This document shows positions 8,314 through 15,271 of a stretch of 32,000 nucleotides of DNA, piece by piece (position 1 is the stretch's first letter; each line of letters opens with the position of its first letter). Location of the stretch: the NCBI GenBank assembly GCA_963704435.1, contig OY969902.1:30001-62000 (forward strand), read 5' to 3'. The notes under the pieces were generated by a model. That model worked only from the letters and a program-made list of their open reading frames with translations. It was not told where the DNA came from and did not search any database. This DNA is from an uncultured archaeon (lineage in GTDB: Archaea > Micrarchaeota > Micrarchaeia > Micrarchaeales > CABMGC01). Made by a program: the position numbers and the translations under genes.

Positions 8314-9609
8314 TCAGCCGATCTTGCTCTTGCCCATGTACGGCACGAGGACGTCTGGCACTGCGATGGTGCCGTCCTTGTTGACGTAGTTCTCGACTAT
8401 GCACGCAAGCGTCCTCTCGGCGCTTATCGCCGTGTTGTTGAGCGTGTAGACGTACTTGCGCTCCCCCTTCTCGTCGTACTTTATGTCCAGCCTCATGCTC
8501 TGCCACACGCCCGCGGTCGAGCACGATCCCAGCTCCCTGTAGGCCTTCTGGCCTGGGAAGTAACACTCAAAGTCGACGGTCTTTGACATCTGGTGCCCGG
8601 TGTCTCCGCTGCACAGCAGCACGAACTGGTACGGCAGGTTGAGCTCCTCAAGGAACTCCTGCGAGTTGGCGAGGAGCTCGTCGAAGTAGCGCCCGTCATC
8701 CTCCTGCCTGCAGTATATGAACTGCTCGACCTTGTCGAACTGGTGAACCCTGAATATTCCCTTCGTGTCCTTCCCGTGCGCACCCGCCTCCCTCCTGAAG
8801 GAAGGGCTGATTCCAGCGTACTTCAGCGGCAGGTCCTTTGCGGCGAAGACCTCTCCGGCGTGCATCGAGGCGAGCGCGTGCTCCGCGGTGCCGATGAGGA
8901 AGAGCTCCTCCTCCATGTGCTCCATCTCCTTCTTCGCCGTGACCTCGTTAGCCTCGGTTATCCTGTAGAGCGCATCCTCGAAGACGCTGAGCGGCGCTGC
9001 CCCCCTGAAGTATTTCTTCCTGAGCATGAACGGAGGAAGTATCGGCGTGTACCCCTTCTTCGCGAGCTTGTCGAGCGCGTACCTGAGCAGCGACTGCTCA
9101 AGGAGCACAAGGTCGCCCCTCAGGAAATAGAACCTAGTGCCGGTGGTCTTCGCGGCCCTCTCCATGTCGAGCAGCCCGAGCTTGGTGAGTATCTCCTCGT
9201 GGTTCGGCACTCCCTCGTTCCTTATCTCGCCCCATGTGCGCAGGATCTTGTTGGCCTCGGGCGGGTTCCCCACGGGCACTGACTTGTCAAGGATGTTCGG
9301 GGCGTTCCACAGCATGTCGTCCGCCTTCGCCTCGTAGCCCAGCAGCTCGGCCGACATGGTCTCTATCCTGGACTTCAGCTCGGCGAGCGCGGCGATGTTG
9401 CCCTTCACGTCCTGCCCCTTCTTCTTGAGCTCGGATATCTCTAGGCTCGCCTTGTTGTGCTTGGATTGCAGCTCCTGCAGTTCTGTCTTCGTACCCCTCC
9501 ACTTCTCATCGAGCTGGAGGAGCTCGTCAAGCGGGAACTTGCTGTTCCTATTTTTCAGCGTCTCGCGTATCTCAGCGAGATGTTCCCTGACGTATTTTGC
9601 CGTGAGCAT
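8314..9609 (-). CDS. serS: Seryl-tRNA synthetase
   Basis: It has the typical N-terminus MLTAKYVREHLAEIRETLKNRN, a coiled-coil arm and class II motifs (FRREAGAHGKDTKGIFRVHQFDKVEQF; GSCSTAGVWQSMRLDIKY). I chose ATG 9609 rather than the ORF-track start 9663, because the extra 18 aa have no counterpart in SerRS. Confidence 0.93.
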   Translation of the reverse strand: MLTAKYVREHLAEIRETLKNRNSKFPLDELLQLDEKWRGTKTELQELQSKHNKASLEISELKKKGQDVKGNIAALAELKSRIETMSAELLGYEAKADDMLWNAPNILDKSVPVGNPPEANKILRTWGEIRNEGVPNHEEILTKLGLLDMERAAKTTGTRFYFLRGDLVLLEQSLLRYALDKLAKKGYTPILPPFMLRKKYFRGAAPLSVFEDALYRITEANEVTAKKEMEHMEEELFLIGTAEHALASMHAGEVFAAKDLPLKYAGISPSFRREAGAHGKDTKGIFRVHQFDKVEQFIYCRQEDDGRYFDELLANSQEFLEELNLPYQFVLLCSGDTGHQMSKTVDFECYFPGQKAYRELGSCSTAGVWQSMRLDIKYDEKGERKYVYTLNNTAISAERTLACIVENYVNKDGTIAVPDVLVPYMGKSKIG

Positions 9610-9636
9610 GAAACCAATAATAGGTGGTAATGAAAC

Positions 9637-9645
9637 AATATAAAT
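9637..9645. promoter_or_regulatory. Single A/T block (AATATAAAT) positioned as a TATA box for both serS (-) and tRNA-Leu (+)
   Basis: The centre at 9641 lies about 31 nt from the tRNA 5' end (9672) and about 32 nt from the serS ATG (9609). No other A/T-rich block exists in the 62-nt spacer. Confidence 0.4.
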
Positions 9646-9671
9646 CCTGTGTGCATAGGACATAATGCAAT

Positions 9672-9757
9672 GCAGGGGTGGCAGAGTTTGGCCAAATGCG
9701 GCGGGCTTAGGACCCGTTCCCTTTGTGGGTGCGAGAGTTCAAATCTCTCCCCCTGCA
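9672..9757 (+). tRNA. tRNA-Leu, anticodon UAG, class II (long variable arm), no encoded CCA, no intron
   Basis: I folded it by hand. The acceptor stem pairs GCAGGGG (9672-9678) with CCCCTGC (9750-9756), followed by discriminator A 9757. The D stem pairs GCA with TGC. The anticodon stem pairs GCGGG with CCCGT, and the loop is CTTAGGA with anticodon TAG at 9708-9710. The variable arm pairs CCC with GGG. The T arm is GAGAG-TTCAAAT-CTCTC. Confidence 0.9.
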
Positions 9758-9784
9758 TGACCCTTTGGCCTTCTTCGCGCGCCG

Positions 9785-9792
9785 TTTTTATA
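9785..9792 (+). promoter_or_regulatory. TATA-box-like element (TTTTTATA) for the GT2 gene
   Basis: It is centred about 26 nt upstream of ATG 9815, which predicts a leaderless transcript. Confidence 0.45.
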
Positions 9793-9814
9793 GCTACCGA
9801 TTCTATTGTACTAC

Positions 9815-10525
9815 ATGAAGAGCGATGTCGCCATAAGCGTGATCATACCTGCGCTCAATGAGGAGAAGTACATCAGGTATGTTTTCGAGGGCCTCCGCAG
9901 CCAGACCTTCAAGGACTTCGAGACGATAGTGGTCGACGGGAACAGCACGGACCGGACCCGCGAGATCGCAAGGAAATACGCGCACGTGATCATAGACAAG
10001 CACAAGGGAATCGGAAGAGCGAGAAACAGCGGCGCGAAGGTGGCCAAGGGGGACCTGCTGGTATTCCTCGATGCGGATACCCGGCCTTCCAAGACCCTGC
10101 TCGAGACCTACCATAGAGCGTTCGCGAGCTCAGACATTTCCGCCGCGACTGGTCCCATACTGCCTCTCGAGAGGACCAAGAGGAGGGTGAACCTCGGATA
10201 TAAGTTCGTCTCGGTTCTGTTCGTGAAGACATCGATACTCTTCGGCAGGCCATCGATAGTGGGATTGAACTTCGCGGTCCGCAAGGGCATATTCGAGAAG
10301 GTAAAAGGCTTCAACGAGAGATACCAGACCTACGAAGATTGGGACCTGTCCCTGAGGATAAGGAAGCTTGGCAGGATAGCGTACCTCGACGACGCAGTCG
10401 TATACACTAGCGTCAGGAGGATCAAGGCATGGGGGGTGTCCGGCTTCTTCCTGTACCACACGCTCAACATATTCCGGTACCATCTTCTCGGGAAGCCGAA
10501 CGAGGAGTATGCACCCATAAGATAG
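9815..10525 (+). CDS. Family 2 glycosyltransferase (GT-A fold, dolichyl-phosphate sugar synthase-like)
   Basis: GT2 signatures are present: ISVIIPALNEEKYI, VVDGNSTDRT and the DxD-type LVFLDADT. ATG 9815 is preferred over the TTG at 9806. Confidence 0.8.
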   Translation: MKSDVAISVIIPALNEEKYIRYVFEGLRSQTFKDFETIVVDGNSTDRTREIARKYAHVIIDKHKGIGRARNSGAKVAKGDLLVFLDADTRPSKTLLETYHRAFASSDISAATGPILPLERTKRRVNLGYKFVSVLFVKTSILFGRPSIVGLNFAVRKGIFEKVKGFNERYQTYEDWDLSLRIRKLGRIAYLDDAVVYTSVRRIKAWGVSGFFLYHTLNIFRYHLLGKPNEEYAPIR

Positions 10526-10534
10526 GCGCGTCTA

Positions 10535-11595
10535 CTAGGGACTTGACAAATTTTAAGTCTTTGCACCCAATATGATTTCGGGGGTTTTCTCTTCTCTTTT
10601 TATCGTCGGGAAAATAAGGTCGTGAGTCTCCTGGACGGCCGATACGTCAGTGTATCGACCGCCTTGCCAGGAGTTGAAGACAATGGAAATCTATGAACTA
10701 AAGAATAAAATAATAGAAGTTTGGGCTGCGGCTAAGGTGATCGTGCAGAAGTTCGGGCATACGAGGAAGTTTGCGAAGCATCTTGTCGCCTTTGCGATAA
10801 GGCAACATGAGAATCTTACCGACGTAAGACTCGCGGAGTTCCTAGTCAGGGACCCGATAGGAAAGATCCTTGGTTACACGAGGAAGCCGCATCCGTCGAC
10901 CTTCTCGAAGGTGCGGGAACGGTCGGATGCGGAGATGTTTGCGGAACTGCACAACTGGATAGTGCAGGACCGGATGAAATCAAGGCAACTGCGACTTATC
11001 GTGCAGGACAGTACCGACGTCTTCGCATATTCGCGCAAGGACGGCGATGCGAGGTGGGGGCACAGAACTCCGTCAAGGAAAGAACAACTGATGCAAAACC
11101 TCGGCAATGGGAAAGAACTGTTCTTCGGTTATAAACCACATGTAATCGTAGAAGCCGAGACGGAAACGCCACTTGCAATTGAGGTCATACCTGCGAACAC
11201 AAACGACAAGAAGATGTTCTGGCCGCTGTACGACAGAGTAAAGAAGACCTTTCAACTGCAGTATCAGTCAAAATACATTGCGGATGCACAGTACCACGCA
11301 TCAGCGATAAGGATGCAGTTGCGCGACGATGGCCTAACTCCAGTAATCCCGAGAAGCGGCAACAAGTATCTGAAAACAGAGAACCCGAAGGATCCGGAGT
11401 ATGGGAAGAGGTGGGCCGTCGAACACCTCTTTGCAAGGTTGAAGGAGCTGTTCGGGCTTGCAAAGAACAGGTTCGTTGGCATAAAGAAGGTCAGGATTCA
11501 CGTGTTTTCCTGCCTCCTCGCAAACCTGATCGAATACGTGATGTGAAGGGGTTTGTATTTGACGAGGTGACTGAATGTAAATGTCAACTCCCTAG
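10535..11595 (+). mobile_element. Insertion sequence, IS4/IS5-type, 1061 bp, apparently intact
   Basis: The terminal inverted repeats are CTAGGGACTTGACAA (10535-10549) and the reverse complement of 11581-11595 (CTAGGGAGTTGACAT), identical at 13 of 15 positions. Both ends are flanked by the direct repeat CGTCTA (10529-10534 and 11596-11601). A single DDE transposase ORF lies inside. Confidence 0.85.
10683..11546 (+). CDS. DDE transposase (IS4/IS5 family, DDE_Tnp_1-like)
   Basis: Candidate DDE residues occur in VQDSTDV, KYIADAQY and KRWAVEHLFARLK, the last resembling the Y-R-E-K signature region. ATG 10683 is preferred over the GTG at 10650. Confidence 0.85.
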   Translation: MEIYELKNKIIEVWAAAKVIVQKFGHTRKFAKHLVAFAIRQHENLTDVRLAEFLVRDPIGKILGYTRKPHPSTFSKVRERSDAEMFAELHNWIVQDRMKSRQLRLIVQDSTDVFAYSRKDGDARWGHRTPSRKEQLMQNLGNGKELFFGYKPHVIVEAETETPLAIEVIPANTNDKKMFWPLYDRVKKTFQLQYQSKYIADAQYHASAIRMQLRDDGLTPVIPRSGNKYLKTENPKDPEYGKRWAVEHLFARLKELFGLAKNRFVGIKKVRIHVFSCLLANLIEYVM

Positions 11596-11695
11596 CGTCT
11601 ACCCCGAACCAATAGGTTATAAAGTTTGTTAGGCAATATCCATATGTTACTACGGAACATTTTGATTCTTAATCCAATAGCGACTGGTCGATAAA

Positions 11696-11881
11696 ATGGA
11701 ATATACTAAATTCGAGAAAGCGAGGATAATCGGCGCGAGGGCGCTGCAGCTCGCGTACGGCGCGCCTCCCCTGATAAAGGTACCTGAGGGCGTCTTCGAC
11801 CCACTGGTCCTGGCTGACATAGAGTACAAGGAGGGCGTCATACCGATATCGGTAATGAAGCCCAAGCAGGCGACTGGATGA
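11696..11881 (+). CDS. rpoK: DNA-directed RNA polymerase subunit K (Rpo6)
   Basis: The 61-aa protein reads TKFEKARIIGARALQLAYGAPPLI....DPLVLADIEYKEGVIPI, matching the conserved Rpo6/RpoK core. Confidence 0.85.
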   Translation: MEYTKFEKARIIGARALQLAYGAPPLIKVPEGVFDPLVLADIEYKEGVIPISVMKPKQATG

Positions 11882-13317
11882 ATTCCGAATACGACGTCAT
11901 CGTAGCGGGAGCTGGCATAGCGGGGTCATTGGCGGCGATGGCTGCGGCCAAGAACGGCGCGAAAACCCTTCTCCTGGACAGGAACAACGAGATGGAGCCA
12001 GGGAAGAAGACTAACTGGGGGTGGGTCTGTGGGGACGCTGTCGCGAAATCGCACCTGACGTTCGTGCACAAGGAGCTTGGACTCAGCCTGTCTTCTCCGG
12101 AGTTGGAGCACGAGGTCAAGGCCGTGTATGCGCTCAGCCCCGACCTCAAGAACAAGTTCACGTTCGAGGGTGCCGGCTACATGCTGAACCGGCCGGAACT
12201 GGCCAGGAAGCTAGTCAAGTCCGCGGTCGCAAAGGGCGCTGAGTACCGGCCAGGCTACGAGGTCGAGGGGCCGCTGCTTGAGGACGGCGCTGTCGTCGGA
12301 GTCTTCGGCAGGGACGGCGACAAGAAGGAATACAAAATACGTTCGAAGCTCGTGATAGACTGCCTGGGAATGGCAAGCACGCTGAGGAGGAAGCTGCCTC
12401 CCAACGACTTCATAGAGAGGGACATCAAGATAGAGGACATAGAGTCCACGGGAAGGTACATAATGAACATCGAGGTCGTCAAGGAGGACCTGAACTACTA
12501 CGACCCGGACAACGCGATAATACACCTCAACCAGGAGATGGCTCCGGGAGGCTACGGCTGGGTCTTCCCGAGGAAGGGACGCAAGGTCAACATCGGAGTC
12601 GGTATCGAGAAGAAGAGCCTCGACGTCAGGAACGCCAAGCTCGGCAAGAAGGACACGTTGCACTCGCTGATAGACGGTTACGTTGAGTGGAACAGCGCGA
12701 TAAAGAGCACGGGGCTGGACGAGACCGACAAGAACGGCAAGGGCTACTGGCAGGTCTCCGTGAGGAGGCAGTTCGGCAGCCTTGTGTATGGGAACTACCT
12801 CGGCGCCGGGGACTCTGTCGCCATGCCGAACCCCGTGAGCGCGGGCGGGATAGGCCCTGCGATGGTCGCCGGCACGCTCGCGGGACAGGTCGCTGCCGAA
12901 GCCATACAGGAAGGAGACACAAGCATGGACCGGCTGTGGAAGTACAACCTGAAGTTCAACGAGCTCTACGGGAGCAAGACCGCGGCGCTCGAGGCGTTCA
13001 GGGTCTACCTGCAGTCGCTGAACAACGACCTGATAAACTACGGCATGAGCCACTTCATCACCAAGGACGAGGCAGAGAAGCTAGCGTACGGGCTGGTCCC
13101 GGAGATGACTATAGCCAGCACGTTCCAGAAGATACTGAGCGGCGTCTCAAACATAAACGCGTTCAAGAACCTTCTATTCACAGTCAACAAGATGAAGAAG
13201 CTAACCGCGCTCTACGAGAATTACCCGAAGGACGTATCTGCGTTCAAGGCGTGGAACGAAACTGTGACCAAGGAAATGAAGGAAGTGAAGGAGAGGTTCC
13301 CCGCGAATCCAGTATAG
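11878..13317 (+). CDS. Geranylgeranyl reductase family FAD-dependent oxidoreductase (digeranylgeranylglycerophospholipid reductase-like)
   Basis: It has an FAD-binding motif (YDVIVAGAGIAGSLAA), GGYGWVFPRKGRKVNIGVG and LGAGDSVAMPNPVSAGGIGPAM. Its ATG overlaps the rpoK stop (ATGA). At 479 aa it is longer than I recall for typical family members. Confidence 0.8.
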   Translation: MNSEYDVIVAGAGIAGSLAAMAAAKNGAKTLLLDRNNEMEPGKKTNWGWVCGDAVAKSHLTFVHKELGLSLSSPELEHEVKAVYALSPDLKNKFTFEGAGYMLNRPELARKLVKSAVAKGAEYRPGYEVEGPLLEDGAVVGVFGRDGDKKEYKIRSKLVIDCLGMASTLRRKLPPNDFIERDIKIEDIESTGRYIMNIEVVKEDLNYYDPDNAIIHLNQEMAPGGYGWVFPRKGRKVNIGVGIEKKSLDVRNAKLGKKDTLHSLIDGYVEWNSAIKSTGLDETDKNGKGYWQVSVRRQFGSLVYGNYLGAGDSVAMPNPVSAGGIGPAMVAGTLAGQVAAEAIQEGDTSMDRLWKYNLKFNELYGSKTAALEAFRVYLQSLNNDLINYGMSHFITKDEAEKLAYGLVPEMTIASTFQKILSGVSNINAFKNLLFTVNKMKKLTALYENYPKDVSAFKAWNETVTKEMKEVKERFPANPV

Positions 13318-13334
13318 TCGCAGGCATCTGGCTT

Positions 13335-14054
13335 CTATTTTTCTACCGTGCGCTTCTTTAGATTTAGGTCATATGCGACGGAACTCTTCCAGTCGAAGAC
13401 TCCCTGCCTGAACGGCAGTATGCTCTTTGCCATCTCCTCCCTTATCAGAGTCCCCGGCACTAGGTCGTTGAACGACGGCTCGATTATGAGCCGTATGTCT
13501 CTGTTGCCTCTCTCGTATCTGTCCCTGATTTTCCTTCCCGCCTCAGCGACGAGCCACGCCCTCTCCTTGACTCCGCCGCTCTCTATCGCGAAATGGAAGT
13601 GCGCCGTGATGAGATATCTCTGACGCATCGCTTCCTCGGAGGGCCACGCGTTCCCGTGCACCATTGCGACCTCTCCAACAATCACCTCCCTCTCTATAGG
13701 CGCGCTGAGGCTGATGTTCTTGAACACCCTGTCCAGGTTGCCGTCGTGGTTCCCCCTCGCGACTGTGATGTCGATTCCTTTCAATGCGCCGAAGAACCTC
13801 TCCAGCTCCTTGAATTCGGCGAATCGCGGGTAGCCTATGCTCTGCTTCACGTCCCCGAGTATCACCAGCCTCTTCGCCCCCGTTTCCCCATAGATCTTGA
13901 GGAGCCGCGCAGCCATCTTTTCTGTCGCGCCCTGGAAGAGTATGCCCGAGCTCCTGTACTCCAGGTCGAGCCCTATGTGCAGGTCGCCTACGACCAGCAC
14001 CTTCTCCCTCCTTATCAGGAGGGCGGGCGCGCCACGTATCATCGAGACGAGCAT
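13335..14054 (-). CDS. Calcineurin-like metallophosphoesterase
   Basis: The ordered motifs are VVGDLHIG, ILGDV, GNHD and MVHGN. Confidence 0.75.
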   Translation of the reverse strand: MLVSMIRGAPALLIRREKVLVVGDLHIGLDLEYRSSGILFQGATEKMAARLLKIYGETGAKRLVILGDVKQSIGYPRFAEFKELERFFGALKGIDITVARGNHDGNLDRVFKNISLSAPIEREVIVGEVAMVHGNAWPSEEAMRQRYLITAHFHFAIESGGVKERAWLVAEAGRKIRDRYERGNRDIRLIIEPSFNDLVPGTLIREEMAKSILPFRQGVFDWKSSVAYDLNLKKRTVEK

Positions 14055-14080
14055 GGTATCGGTTAGATATCGCGAGCGGG

Positions 14081-14094
14081 TTTAATATTTTATG
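14081..14094. promoter_or_regulatory. A/T block (TTTAATATTTTATG) in the 72-nt divergent spacer, a candidate shared TATA region
   Basis: It is the only A/T-rich block between the divergent starts at 14054 (-) and 14127 (+). It lies about 27-40 nt from each start. Confidence 0.35.
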
Positions 14095-14126
14095 CTGTTC
14101 ATTCCTATCGGAAAAGGGTAGCTCAG

Positions 14127-15197
14127 ATGGCGCAGTCCTACAAGATAGGGAAGATCTTCGGCATAGACATCGAGCTCCACTGGACGTTCATAATACTGAT
14201 GCTGTTCACCCTGCTGCTGAGCACCTACCTGTTCGTGCTGATACTGCTCCTGTTCGTGTGCGTCATGGTGCACGAGCTTACGCACTCCGTGACTTCGCTG
14301 CGCAACGGCGTGAAGGTGAAGAAGATCATACTCCTGCCGATAGGCGGAGCGTCGATAATAGACGAGACAAAGCTCAGCCCGGAGAAGGAGTTCGGGATCG
14401 CGATATCCGGGCCGCTCATGAGCCTCTTCCTGGGCTGCGCGTTCGGAGTTGGCGTGATATTCGCGCCGGCAGGCACCGCGAACATGCTGTTCCAGTACCT
14501 GTTCGAGATAAACCTGCTGCTGGGGGTGTTCAACCTGCTGCCCGCGTTCCCCACTGACGGCGGAAGGGTGTTCAGGAGCTGGATGGAAAGGAAGCACAAC
14601 GAGTACGATGCTACGATGATTACCGTAACAGCGAGCAAGTGGGTCATGGCACTTTTCATCATAGGAACCGTCGTATACCTCGCACTGATAAGCGCGCCGC
14701 TCTACTACAAGGAGTTCACCCTGCTCTGGGACCTGGTGGTCGTCGTCTTCCTATACGGAGGGGCGGTGGCCGAGAGGCAGACCGCGGTGCTAAGGAAGGA
14801 GGCGAAGGGAGTCGGCATAGGAGGCGCGGTGAGCAGCCACTTCCGGCTCGTGCCTCCGGACAGCACGGTCGCCGAGCTGTACGCGCTGGTGAGGAAGACT
14901 AAGGAGCACGTGCTGATCACGAAACTCGGCGAGGATTTCGCTTACGTCAACCTGATGGCGAAGGTGAAGCCGGGGACTGCCAAGCGCGCAGCGGACCTGG
15001 CGGTGAAGATCCCAAGCATCACGGCCAAGACAGGCATCGTCGAGGCCATCCAGACGATGGAGAATGCCGAGTCAGGGATCGCCGTGGTCATGAGCCGCGG
15101 CAGGCTCGCAGGCGTGCTCACGATGTCGAGCCTGCAGACCTTCCTGGCGCTGCACGTGCTCAACAAGCGCAATCCTGCGGCGCTCCCTGCGAAGTGA
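14127..15197 (+). CDS. Site-2 protease family (M50) zinc metalloprotease with C-terminal CBS-domain pair
   Basis: HELTHS (HEXXH) lies in a TM segment, and NLLPAFPTDGGRV is the second M50 motif. The roughly 130-aa soluble C-terminal region has a CBS-like pattern. Confidence 0.85.
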   Translation: MAQSYKIGKIFGIDIELHWTFIILMLFTLLLSTYLFVLILLLFVCVMVHELTHSVTSLRNGVKVKKIILLPIGGASIIDETKLSPEKEFGIAISGPLMSLFLGCAFGVGVIFAPAGTANMLFQYLFEINLLLGVFNLLPAFPTDGGRVFRSWMERKHNEYDATMITVTASKWVMALFIIGTVVYLALISAPLYYKEFTLLWDLVVVVFLYGGAVAERQTAVLRKEAKGVGIGGAVSSHFRLVPPDSTVAELYALVRKTKEHVLITKLGEDFAYVNLMAKVKPGTAKRAADLAVKIPSITAKTGIVEAIQTMENAESGIAVVMSRGRLAGVLTMSSLQTFLALHVLNKRNPAALPAK

Positions 15198-15271
15198 CGC
15201 GTGTCGTCGCTCCCCATGAGAAAGAATTTAAAGCATAGAACCCCAATAGCCGTGCGACCACAGGTGTATCG

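Noticed and set aside
12211-13361. A 280-aa antisense ORF (12211-13053) and a 224-aa alternative-frame ORF (12687-13361) in the geranylgeranyl reductase gene.
   Set aside because: The reasoning is the same: the FAD-reductase frame is motif-supported and the alternatives are not.
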